A stretch of DNA of 64,000 nt from a virus. Below the pieces are notes generated by a model. It made no database searches. It saw nothing but the letters and a program-made list of their open reading frames with translations, and was not told the origin of the DNA. The DNA lies in the IMG/VR virus record IMGVR_UViG_3300033182_000595, positions 1 to 64,000 of that record; one strand, written 5' to 3'. The translations under genes were made by a program, and so were the position numbers. Every line of letters begins with the position of its first letter. The stretch's first letter is position 1. Positions 40,381 to 48,797 of the stretch are shown here, piece by piece.

Positions 40381-40662
40381 AAAATCAGCGACTTACGGCA
40401 TACCTGTAACACTACAAGCATAGTGTTACACCCCCCCCAAGGGGGGGACGAGGATTGCGACGCGTGCATATATATACCCGTTTTCTCTAGTTTCCAGAGT
40501 CCCGGACAAATTGACATTATGACGAATTGACGTTTTTCAATTCCGCTTCTTGGACACCTTGGACACCTTTTTTACATTTAGGTATAGAAACTAAGTTAAT
40601 AATAAGTTGTTTTAAGGTGTCCCAGGTGTCCACTTGCGAGGTGTCCATGCGTGGACACTTGG
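40381..40662. repeat. Repeat-rich origin/packaging-like region
   Basis: IHF-like AATCAGCGACTTA; perfect TGTAACACTA-N6-TAGTGTTACA palindrome; C8-AA-G7; GGACAC repeats in both orientations around an AT-rich core. Confidence 0.55.
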
Positions 40663-40666
40663 TATA

Positions 40667-40704
40667 TTGACATTTTGTTTTTGTAACACTAAATTTAGTG
40701 TTAT
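40667..40704 (+). promoter_or_regulatory. Sigma70-like promoter overlapping an operator site
   Basis: TTGACA-N17-TAAATT; TGTAACAC TAAATTTAG TGTTAT at 40682-40704. Confidence 0.7.
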
Positions 40705-41752
40705 GAGTAACAGTTTACGCCCGCGTCCGGATACAGAGGTACCCAGTTATGGTTTGGGAGAACTTATAGATTTAGGTAGTAAGGCTATAGGCAGTCTGGG
40801 CAACTTAGTTAGTAGTGGTGCTGGTCAATTAGGTAACCTTGTAAGCAATATACCTGTAGTGGGTAATGTGGTTGGGGATGTAGTATCCCATGCGGGAGCT
40901 GGAATAGGAAATTTGGTATCCGGTAATATAAGTGGGGGACTTGGTAGCCTATATACTGCGGCTGACACGGCACTCGGAGGTGCATTACCCGGTATTAGTG
41001 GGGCATATAATGTGCCTTTAACTGCGGCAGTTGGGCAACCCACAGGGTATTTAAGTAGTTTGTACACGGGTGCGGATAAAATGCTTGGTGGATATCTTCC
41101 TAATTTTGGAACATTTTCTCAATATACAAGTCCCGCACAGGCGGCGGCTCAAGCGGCGGCTCAAGGACTTAATGCAAACAATGCTGTTGGCACGACCTTA
41201 ACTCGTGGCGGGGTAACTGGTCCGACTACATACACAAGCGTGCCTAATGCTATGGCTGAAGTTGGTGGTGCAAGTAGTGGTGGATTTTGGGATACCGCAA
41301 GTAAGATCGCCAACACTGCACAGATAGGTGGTGCATTATATAGTATGATCAAAGGACCGAAGGGTGCGGGTCAGGGTGGTGGTGCAAGCAATCAAGCACA
41401 GTATCGTCAGATGACAGGAGGCACACCCGGCACTGCAATTCAACCAGGCATACAGGGATCAAACACTGGATCCAATGCGGGAGTGGGAGTAGGGAAAGGT
41501 GGTGCTAATTCCCGAGGGCAGGGCACGAATGAGACAGGTGGACTTACGCAAATCAGATCGGGGATATCTGAATCAGAAGCGATCATGCAAGAAACCAAAG
41601 ACCTGATTGATGACTTTAAAAAATTTATGGACGAGAATAAGGGAGATCTTAGTGATATAGCCAAGAGCCCTATGGAGGAGGCAAGAGACAAGACCCCATT
41701 GACCCCAGACCCGTATTCATCACTTGGATCTGCGTATTCTATGTTAAGGTGA
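40703..41752 (+). CDS. Gly-rich putative virion-packaged protein with DTEVPSY motif (start re-called at 40703)
   Basis: ATG directly after the promoter; glycine-zipper-like hydrophobic repeats. Confidence 0.6.
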   Translation: MSNSLRPRPDTEVPSYGLGELIDLGSKAIGSLGNLVSSGAGQLGNLVSNIPVVGNVVGDVVSHAGAGIGNLVSGNISGGLGSLYTAADTALGGALPGISGAYNVPLTAAVGQPTGYLSSLYTGADKMLGGYLPNFGTFSQYTSPAQAAAQAAAQGLNANNAVGTTLTRGGVTGPTTYTSVPNAMAEVGGASSGGFWDTASKIANTAQIGGALYSMIKGPKGAGQGGGASNQAQYRQMTGGTPGTAIQPGIQGSNTGSNAGVGVGKGGANSRGQGTNETGGLTQIRSGISESEAIMQETKDLIDDFKKFMDENKGDLSDIAKSPMEEARDKTPLTPDPYSSLGSAYSMLR

Positions 41753-42051
41753 TCTCTTTAAAACGCTTCAGGGAATTTCTTCGGGTGGCATTTGGCCCGA
41801 AGGTTTCTTGGCGTGACTACCTTGAAATTTTAAAGTCTGCCTTTCAGATTGCAAGGAGTCCATATTCACAGGAGATGTGGCGGGCTCGTATGCTTGTGTG
41901 CTATAAATGCCCTATATTCGACAAGGAGCGTAAGACCTGTCGACCCTTCCCGAGTAGCAAAATGGGATGTGGATGCTATACGCCCTACAAAGCATTGGTT
42001 AAGTTCCACTGCTGGGGGAGGGAAAGATTTGGAGACAATTTCGGATGGTAA
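41749..42051 (+). CDS. Small Cys-rich (Zn-binding) protein
   Basis: CxxC, C, CGC and CW pattern. Confidence 0.55.
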   Translation: MISLKRFREFLRVAFGPKVSWRDYLEILKSAFQIARSPYSQEMWRARMLVCYKCPIFDKERKTCRPFPSSKMGCGCYTPYKALVKFHCWGRERFGDNFGW

Positions 42052-42160
42052 TAAAGTGGGATAAATTTGAAGGAGCCATTCAGGGTGATGGATGCAGTGC
42101 TACTATGGAACTTATGTTTACTGGCGCAATCGTGATTGGATTGGAGATATTAGCGAGGGG

Positions 42161-43006
42161 ATGATTAATGTACTATCATTAGGAGCGGGTGTGCAGTCAT
42201 CCACAATGGCGTTAATGGCGGCAAAGGGTGAGATTACACCGATGCCTGATTGTGCGATTTTTGCGGACACGCAAGCAGAACCTGACTCTGTTTATGAGTG
42301 GTTAGATTGGCTTGAGAAAGAATTACCATTTCCTGTGTATCGGGTAACGAAGGGTGATCTTACAAAAGACTGCTTAGAACCAAAGGTTAGGCAAAATGAC
42401 TCAAAGAATGGTAAAAAGGGAAGCACTTATATTAAGTCGATCATCCCAAAGTTTGGTATATCAGAGGATGGAGAAGTAAGTGCCGCAATAGGTAGAGCTT
42501 GCACACAGGACTACAAAATTCGCCCAATCCATAATAAGATCAAAGAATTGTTTGGGATTAAGCGTGGCGAGAAAGATGTCAAAGTAATCCAATGGATTGG
42601 TATTTCATACGATGAGATTCAGCGGATGAAGGAGTCTCGTGACAAATGGTGCGAGAATCGTTGGCCGCTTATTGAGATGGAAATGCAAAGACATCATTGC
42701 AAACAATGGATGAAAAAGCATGGTTATCCTGAGCCTCCGAGATCTGCTTGTTATTATTGTCCGTTTCATAGTGATGAAGAGTGGAGGAATCTTCGTAATG
42801 AAGAACCTGGGTATTTCCAAAAAGCAGTCGAATTTGATAAGCAGTTAAGGTCACAGCATAAGAAATATGCACCTGAGTTGCGGATGTCTGTATACCTCCA
42901 TCGCTCATGCAAACCACTTGATGAGATCGACTTTGATTCTGACGAGGACAAGGGCCAACTCACATGGGATTTTATGGCCGAGTGCGAAGGAATGTGTGGT
43001 GTATGA
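42161..43006 (+). CDS. PAPS-reductase-like PP-loop protein
   Basis: SLGAGVQSS, FADT, CTQDYKI, IGIS.DE, RSACYYCP and CEGMCGV; start re-called after a GAGGGG RBS. Confidence 0.75.
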   Translation: MINVLSLGAGVQSSTMALMAAKGEITPMPDCAIFADTQAEPDSVYEWLDWLEKELPFPVYRVTKGDLTKDCLEPKVRQNDSKNGKKGSTYIKSIIPKFGISEDGEVSAAIGRACTQDYKIRPIHNKIKELFGIKRGEKDVKVIQWIGISYDEIQRMKESRDKWCENRWPLIEMEMQRHHCKQWMKKHGYPEPPRSACYYCPFHSDEEWRNLRNEEPGYFQKAVEFDKQLRSQHKKYAPELRMSVYLHRSCKPLDEIDFDSDEDKGQLTWDFMAECEGMCGV

Positions 43007-43533
43007 AACTAACGCTCCAGCCCGATGAGGTACAAGTCTGCCAAATGGTTGGGCGGATGCGTAGTCTGATTGCCCGTGGAAACGGGGTGCGTGATGCGAA
43101 GATGGGCAACCACGATGGCGCGGAAGCGGATGTGATGGGAATGATGGCGGAGTATGGGTTTGCGAAGAAGATGAATGTATTCCCTGATTTGGGACTTACC
43201 CCAAGGAGCGGTTCCGCAGATGGTGTGCTGTCGAGCGGAAAGCGTTATGACATCAAAGCGTCCAAGCATCCCAATGCCCGACTGCTCAGTACGCTAAAGG
43301 TAAACCCCGATGTGGATGTATATGTACTATGCGTGGTGGATGGGAATCACTTGGATTACAAGGGATGGGCCCCGATATCTGACCCATCTCCATATTGGAG
43401 TGTAAATTTTTTGTCCGATGGGCACTTGGAGTATAAACCCTTTGAAGCGGGTAAGCTGGAACAGGCTTATAGGTGGTGTGTGGAAACAATACTAAATCAT
43501 GAGCGACAACACAAAGAACGAGGAAATTCTTGA
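43003..43533 (+). CDS. PD-(D/E)XK-like nuclease
   Basis: AE...D....YDIK pattern. Confidence 0.5.
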   Translation: MKLTLQPDEVQVCQMVGRMRSLIARGNGVRDAKMGNHDGAEADVMGMMAEYGFAKKMNVFPDLGLTPRSGSADGVLSSGKRYDIKASKHPNARLLSTLKVNPDVDVYVLCVVDGNHLDYKGWAPISDPSPYWSVNFLSDGHLEYKPFEAGKLEQAYRWCVETILNHERQHKERGNS

Positions 43534-43675
43534 AGCTAGAATGCGTAATATCGAGATGGACTTAAAAATGGTTGAGAACAATCAGGAGAGATTGGAAAAC
43601 AACCGTGCCCAGTTGGTATTAAAGCTTATAGAAACAAGGGAAACCCTCCTGTCTTTACAAGAACAGGATGAATGA
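43499..43675 (+). CDS. Small coiled-coil protein (not in ORF track)
   Basis: MSDNTKNEEILEARMRNIEMDL...; fills the gap between two genes. Confidence 0.5.
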   Translation: MSDNTKNEEILEARMRNIEMDLKMVENNQERLENNRAQLVLKLIETRETLLSLQEQDE

Positions 43676-43913
43676 TCTGACCTTTGTTGTTCGGGGGAAC
43701 CTGCGCAATATGGGGTGGATTGTACGATCCCAAGGTCCATTGGGGGAAGGTCCTGTCGGCCCTAGACTTGCGAAAGGTACGAGATTCCCGTTTGAGATTG
43801 GAGTTGATTTTGACTCTAAAGCAGATGCGGAAAGAGCCGCCGAAGAGTGGGAGAAGTGGTATTATTCTCAGCCATATCTAAAGAAGAAAAGACCGAATAA
43901 GTATATTGCATGA
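43668..43913 (+). CDS. Hypothetical protein
   Basis: Operon packing. Confidence 0.5.
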   Translation: MNDLTFVVRGNLRNMGWIVRSQGPLGEGPVGPRLAKGTRFPFEIGVDFDSKADAERAAEEWEKWYYSQPYLKKKRPNKYIA

Positions 43914-43939
43914 ATCCGTAACACGAATTAAAATGTAAC
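43906..43939 (+). promoter_or_regulatory. Sigma70-like promoter overlapping an operator site
   Basis: TTGCAT-N17-TAAAAT; CGTAACAC GAATTAAAA TGTAAC. Confidence 0.65.
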
Positions 43940-43941
43940 AT

Positions 43942-44061
43942 GTGAGCCATGTGCAGAACGAGCTAAGATGGATAATCGCACTAACATTATTCTTCTTAGA
44001 GCGAGACCTGATCTTGGACACAATGTTCGCACTAATTGAAATCGTACTCACATTCCTATGA
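43942..44061 (+). CDS. Small hydrophobic peptide (39 aa, GTG start)
   Basis: Begins 7 nt after the -10 box; stop overlaps the next ATG (ATGA). Confidence 0.45.
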   Translation: MSHVQNELRWIIALTLFFLERDLILDTMFALIEIVLTFL

Positions 44062-44192
44062 AGAAAAAAGCAAAGTCTAAGAAGGACGCGTGTTACCATA
44101 AGGTAAAGCGTAGCTATAAGGTATTTCCGAGTGCGTATGCTAGTGGTGCGATCGCTAAGTGCCGGAAGAAGAGAGCGGGGAAGAAGAAGTGA
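44058..44192 (+). CDS. Small basic protein (KKDACYHKVK...PSAYASG)
   Basis: Motif familiar from aquatic phages; not in ORF track. Confidence 0.65.
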   Translation: MKKKAKSKKDACYHKVKRSYKVFPSAYASGAIAKCRKKRAGKKK

Positions 44193-44193
44193 T

Positions 44194-44433
44194 ATGGCAG
44201 TTCGTAAAGGCAAAGCTGGGGCAAATCTTAAACGCTGGTTTAAGGAGAAGTGGACTGATCAAAATGGACGTCCTTGCGGTAATAAAAAAACTAAGGGAGT
44301 CAAGAAGTGTCGCCCCAGTAAGAAGATTTCAAAATCAACCCCCAAAACATGGAAACAGGTTGGCAAAAAGAAAAAGGCGCTCGTTGCTGAAAAAAGGAAA
44401 GTAGGCATGGGTCGCAGAACAAAGAAAGCGTAA
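44194..44433 (+). CDS. Small basic protein (LKRWFKEKW..CG..CRP..TPKT)
   Basis: Motif familiar from aquatic phages; start re-called. Confidence 0.65.
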   Translation: MAVRKGKAGANLKRWFKEKWTDQNGRPCGNKKTKGVKKCRPSKKISKSTPKTWKQVGKKKKALVAEKRKVGMGRRTKKA

Positions 44434-44435
44434 TT

Positions 44436-44576
44436 ATGCACTGTAAAGGAAAGAAAAAAGGAAAGACTCAGGTAAAGAGCTACTCAATGACTAAGAAGGC
44501 ATTTAAACCATGCAGTAAGTGCAAGATGCCAGCTAAGTGTAAGAAGGCAGGTAAATGCCTACTTCATAAACATTAA
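44436..44576 (+). CDS. Small basic Cys-rich protein
   Basis: FKPCSKCKMPAKCKKAGKC; fills the gap exactly. Confidence 0.55.
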   Translation: MHCKGKKKGKTQVKSYSMTKKAFKPCSKCKMPAKCKKAGKCLLHKH

Positions 44577-44578
44577 AG

Positions 44579-44935
44579 ATGGCTACTGAGATCGGAGAGA
44601 ACGTCCAGGTAAAATCAAACCTTCAATTTGTTTTGAAGGTAATCGCTGTGTGCGGTGGTTTGGTCTGGGGGTACTCCGTGATATTTCACAAACTTAATGA
44701 GTTGGATAACGGACTGAGTAGAGTGCAACACGAGGGTACGATGCTTGGAGATCTCGGTGCCAGGATGATGCATCTCGAGAAATTTGCCGAGCAATCAAAG
44801 GGAGACCTGGATCATTTAATGAGCCTACAGGACACACCAATCACTTCCGATCACCAACAATTTGAGCGACTTAAGTATCTTGAAAAGGAACTAGACAGAT
44901 TGCGTGACAAAGTAGAAAACCATTTAACAAAATAA
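44579..44935 (+). CDS. Single-TM coiled-coil protein (possible lysis function)
   Basis: N-terminal hydrophobic helix followed by a coiled coil. Confidence 0.5.
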   Translation: MATEIGENVQVKSNLQFVLKVIAVCGGLVWGYSVIFHKLNELDNGLSRVQHEGTMLGDLGARMMHLEKFAEQSKGDLDHLMSLQDTPITSDHQQFERLKYLEKELDRLRDKVENHLTK

Positions 44936-44939
44936 CATC

Positions 44940-45191
44940 ATGGCCAAACCAGCAAAAGGTAAGCGATTCGCAAAAGTAGTTACTAATCCCAAAACTGGGC
45001 GTAAGCGCAAAGTATCTTACGGACAAGCAGGGAAAGCAAAAGGTGGCGGGGACAGAATACGTCCGGGCACAAAGAAAGGTGATGCCTACTGCGCTCGATC
45101 TGCTGGTATTAAGAAGTGTAAGAACCCACCATGTGCTAATGACTTATCCCGTAAGAAGTGGAAGTGTCGTGGAAAGAAGTCCATGCGATGA
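44940..45191 (+). CDS. Small basic protein (VSYGQ..YCARS..SRKKWKC)
   Basis: Motif familiar from aquatic phages. Confidence 0.65.
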   Translation: MAKPAKGKRFAKVVTNPKTGRKRKVSYGQAGKAKGGGDRIRPGTKKGDAYCARSAGIKKCKNPPCANDLSRKKWKCRGKKSMR

Positions 45192-45322
45192 GTGATTGTT
45201 GTTCATGCTGTAAAAAGAAGGCTAAGAAAGCCAAGAAGGCTATGACTCCTAAGTCATGGAAGGGTAAGTCTGTAGATATCGAACTGGCTAAAACTGCATA
45301 TAAAAATGGCAAGCGAGCATAA
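45188..45322 (+). CDS. Small basic protein (MSDCCSCCKKK...)
   Basis: ATGA overlap with the previous stop. Confidence 0.45.
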   Translation: MSDCCSCCKKKAKKAKKAMTPKSWKGKSVDIELAKTAYKNGKRA

Positions 45323-45512
45323 AGATGATCTACCCGTTATTAAAATCACTTCTGAAGAGGAGGAAGTCTTTGTTAAACTTGGGCTTGAAATGGAGGATTC
45401 CACACATGACATGCTTGTTAAGTGGGGAAAAGAGGAAGCCACTGATGAGGACTATATAAATATAGCATTCAGGAAAGCATTGGAAAACACATTAGATGAA
45501 AGCTCTAAGTAA
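45306..45512 (+). CDS. Small acidic protein
   Basis: Operon packing. Confidence 0.5.
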   Translation: MASEHKDDLPVIKITSEEEEVFVKLGLEMEDSTHDMLVKWGKEEATDEDYINIAFRKALENTLDESSK

Positions 45513-46755
45513 TTTATACGAAAATAAGTCCGACACTGAGGTGCCAAGCTACTTCCTGTCTAATATTGGCGCTCTTACCAGTATGATGGTAAACTCAATG
45601 AGGAATATCAATAACGCCGCATTGAATGCTAAAATCGACGCAGATAATCCAAATAATGATGCAGAGTTAGAAAAAGCGGCGCTTGCTAAAGCCGCCGCAG
45701 AAATGGATGCCTACTCAAATAGGCAAAGTATTGCTAATAATCCAAATCTACCAAACGCTAAGCCTCACTATTATATAGACAGCCTTGACGATCAGCGTGG
45801 TTTGTATGCCATGATGAACCCCGGCAAGGAGATTTACCATATAGATAGTATGGATAAAGCTAGGAGTCTCTTCGGGCTACTTAATCCAGGTGCAGAGTAC
45901 ATAACCTCAACAGAGCATATGTGGGATGACTATGTAAGAAGGAATCCTGACCTCATGAGGGTTGCGCAAGACCCTGGTAATAAAAGTATTGGTGGGGGTA
46001 ACTGGTTGCGTGGGATAACTTCTTTAGCAGACCTAGGGCAAAGACATTATACTAGACATGGTGCAAGAGAGGGCAGGGGATTAAGGAGTCCAAACACAAT
46101 GTATTTAAATGGTCAGAAAGTAGACCCTAGTCAATTACCCGAGGTGGGTGGTTATTACTTTAAGGATGGATCTCGTTTTACCAATGACATGCTTCCTAGC
46201 TATGGATACTATGATGAGAACTACAATCAGGTAGCTCCCGAGAAAAATAGTGCGTTGTTATCAATAATGGCAAATGCACAGAATCCTGACGCACCACGGC
46301 AAGAGTTCTATGATCCAGTGAAGTATCCAGAGATGGAGAACATGAATCCAATAGCCAAAAGGAATATGTCTCTTAGGAATAATGTAAGTAGGCGTGCCCC
46401 CGAAGCAGTATATGCAAATAATTACCTGGAGTGGCTAAAGGGACAACCTGAGCTAATGGATGACTTTGAGTTAAACTTCAATATGTCCAACCACTACGGG
46501 GAAACAGATGCAGAGAAGATGCGTGGACTGATGTCCATGTTCGCTAAGGCAAAATACGACGAGGGGGTAGGGAATAGGGAAATGCCCCAGTACCGAATGG
46601 AGCAGAAACTGAATATTAAGGACAGGTATGATGGAAACTACAAAGATATCATGAGTAGATTATACCAGCCTGTTTCTGGTACTAGATCTGAGAGAAATTT
46701 AGGTGGAACAAATAAAGCAAGAGGACTTGCCGCACTGCTTAGTGCAATGGGATGA
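45496..46755 (+). CDS. Putative virion-packaged protein with DTEVPSY motif
   Basis: N-terminal DTEVPSY; internal YVRRNPDL...HYTRHGAREGR module. Confidence 0.55.
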   Translation: MKALSNLYENKSDTEVPSYFLSNIGALTSMMVNSMRNINNAALNAKIDADNPNNDAELEKAALAKAAAEMDAYSNRQSIANNPNLPNAKPHYYIDSLDDQRGLYAMMNPGKEIYHIDSMDKARSLFGLLNPGAEYITSTEHMWDDYVRRNPDLMRVAQDPGNKSIGGGNWLRGITSLADLGQRHYTRHGAREGRGLRSPNTMYLNGQKVDPSQLPEVGGYYFKDGSRFTNDMLPSYGYYDENYNQVAPEKNSALLSIMANAQNPDAPRQEFYDPVKYPEMENMNPIAKRNMSLRNNVSRRAPEAVYANNYLEWLKGQPELMDDFELNFNMSNHYGETDAEKMRGLMSMFAKAKYDEGVGNREMPQYRMEQKLNIKDRYDGNYKDIMSRLYQPVSGTRSERNLGGTNKARGLAALLSAMG

Positions 46756-47000
46756 AGGCAGAACACCTTGAGGCAAAACGATATCTTTTCACCAGTTCAC
46801 TAAATCCTGATAATGTCCACCTTGTAGATATGGACGAGTTTGATGGATACGGCGAGTGCTCTTGCGAGCACTTCGCCTTTAAATTGTATCCTCGACTTAG
46901 GCTTCGGAAGCGACCTCTTGCTCCTGCTTGTCGCCATCTTCGGCGGGCTCGCCGGATTCTGAAGCTTGCTGAGCAGCTTGAGCTTTCGCGCCAGCTGTAA
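46752..47000 (+). CDS. SWIM-type zinc finger protein
   Basis: CSC..F...CRH. Confidence 0.6.
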   Translation: MKAEHLEAKRYLFTSSLNPDNVHLVDMDEFDGYGECSCEHFAFKLYPRLRLRKRPLAPACRHLRRARRILKLAEQLELSRQL

Positions 47001-47163
47001 CTCTTCCATACACTTCAAACTTCGCGATCTCGAAGTGACCAACTAGCTCACCAAGGGTAAGCTCTTGCTCTTGTGCCATTTTAAGACCTGTTGCAATGAG
47101 AACCTCTGCAATAGGTGCGGTTTTTTGTTCGTCGTCCGACGGTTTATTAGTTTCCTCGCTCAT
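46897..47163 (-). CDS. Small acidic hypothetical protein
   Basis: End of the minus-strand operon; overlaps the SWIM ORF convergently. Confidence 0.5.
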   Translation of the reverse strand: MSEETNKPSDDEQKTAPIAEVLIATGLKMAQEQELTLGELVGHFEIAKFEVYGRVTAGAKAQAAQQASESGEPAEDGDKQEQEVASEA

Positions 47164-47259
47164 TTTTTATTTAGTACGTTGTCTAGTATTATTACCCCAG
47201 CGATAATGAATATCGCCCACATAAATATTTGTAGCATGTTGTATTGCTGAAGAAATGCC

Positions 47260-48039
47260 TCAATCATTCAACTCCCTTACCTCTGGATATCCTTGTTCTA
47301 ACTTTTCCTTATCTTTCTGCGGAGGCACAAACTTAAGCCAGAACACGAACAGATACCTGTCTCCCGATTTTAAAGGCAAACCCCTATGTAAATTACTAAA
47401 GGTAGGGAATATCAATCCGTGACCATTAGGTAGTGGATCTACCTCACCTTTTCTCCAAAACTCAGTACCACCACCTTCATATTCACCCGTATTTAACGGT
47501 ACAACCATGGTGATATCTGCACTACCATCGTGATGCCATGCAGTTTGGGTTATTTCCTTCGGATTGTAGTTAGCTAATTGAATAATCCCTGTGTTTACTC
47601 TTCTATTGAAAATAGTTTCAAATATAGGGTTAATCTTTGCGTAAATTAGCTGAAACATTGAGCGATACCAACCAGGAGCATTGTTAGCTAATACAAACTC
47701 CTCGATCTGTACCTCCTTCTCCTCTTCCTCGTTTACTTTAAACCCATTAGTGGCCTTGATGTTATTGATTTCATCGACCATTACCTGGCAAAACATGTCA
47801 CTAAATAATGGCACAGAGAATACATCCGGTAGATGTTCCTTAACATGTGACAATACAGGAAAGTCTTCAGGTTTTGCTATATTTCTAAATTCTGTATCGT
47901 CTACAAATTTCTTAAGTATAGGCTTAGTCGCTTCAATATCCTTACTTAATTCAGGATTCAACATCCACTCGGCGGGAACGAGGAGAAGGTGGTTCTTCAT
48001 CACATAGTTACCCGATTCCTCTAGGTAGGATAAGTTCAT
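47260..48039 (-). CDS. 2OG-Fe(II) dioxygenase (prolyl/lysyl hydroxylase-like)
   Basis: HHD..DIT.VVPLN..YEGGGT.F...HRG....GDRY. Confidence 0.85.
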   Translation of the reverse strand: MNLSYLEESGNYVMKNHLLLVPAEWMLNPELSKDIEATKPILKKFVDDTEFRNIAKPEDFPVLSHVKEHLPDVFSVPLFSDMFCQVMVDEINNIKATNGFKVNEEEEKEVQIEEFVLANNAPGWYRSMFQLIYAKINPIFETIFNRRVNTGIIQLANYNPKEITQTAWHHDGSADITMVVPLNTGEYEGGGTEFWRKGEVDPLPNGHGLIFPTFSNLHRGLPLKSGDRYLFVFWLKFVPPQKDKEKLEQGYPEVRELND

Positions 48040-48236
48040 TTGATTGCCCTAATTATTGCCTGAGCACCCTCTGTGTTTTTAGTGATTATTACCTCACCGC
48101 CAACTAAAAGGATCTTCCAGAATTGATCCCTTTGCTTCACATAAACCACATTGCGTGGATTTATGTAATACCTTTCAGCGTTCTGATCTTCTATGCTAAT
48201 ACCCATTATACCAAATATCCTTTCTCTCTCGCCCAA
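48036..48236 (-). CDS. Small hypothetical protein (FlbD-like)
   Basis: YINPRNVVYV motif. Confidence 0.45.
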   Translation of the reverse strand: MGERERIFGIMGISIEDQNAERYYINPRNVVYVKQRDQFWKILLVGGEVIITKNTEGAQAIIRAIK

Positions 48237-48487
48237 ATGGGCTCTCTGTGAATCTTATCATGACAACCTCTGCATGTTGATAACCAGGTATCTATTTCAA
48301 GATAGTGCTTCCCCCGTCCCGCCTTGTGGTGGATGTCTGTCGACTTTGCCTTCATACACACTTCGCAAATAGGTAACTTTTCCAAAAATTCCTCTCTCAG
48401 GATCCCATACTCCTTCATTTCTTTGGATCGACGCTTCGATACACGCTTTAATGGAGTTTTTCTCTTTAGCGGACCGGAACGCTTCAT
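48206..48487 (-). CDS. HNH-like zinc-binding nuclease
   Basis: CEVC..DIHH..GRG...CRGCH..IH. Confidence 0.7.
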   Translation of the reverse strand: MKRSGPLKRKTPLKRVSKRRSKEMKEYGILREEFLEKLPICEVCMKAKSTDIHHKAGRGKHYLEIDTWLSTCRGCHDKIHREPIWAREKGYLV

Positions 48488-48575
48488 TGTTCATCCGAAT
48501 TATTGTCTCTAGGTCCCACATATAACCACGCCATAAATAAGGTAAGAATTAAGAAGAAAAGAATTGCCCACATCC

Positions 48576-48598
48576 GTCACACGATTTTATGTGTTACA
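48576..48598 (-). promoter_or_regulatory. Operator site
   Basis: Minus strand TGTAACAC ATAAAATCG TGTGAC; TTGACA at 48614-48609. Confidence 0.6.
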
Positions 48599-48797
48599 TT
48601 ATGATTGATGTCAACCCCGATATGGTGGAAAAGGAGACCGAGATTTGCCTGGCTTTAGCTCGTTTTTACGACTCACCGCTTCCATCCCGCCACGAAAGAA
48701 TACCCGAGATAAGCGACCCCACACCAAAAGAGTGCGCCACAGAGGACGCACCCGTTTGGGTAGAGAAAAGACAAATCGAAATCCATATCGAAGAATC

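Noticed and set aside
40634-40702. N-terminal extension of the Gly-rich ORF given in the ORF track
   Set aside because: It overlaps the promoter and repeat region; the ATG at 40703 fits better
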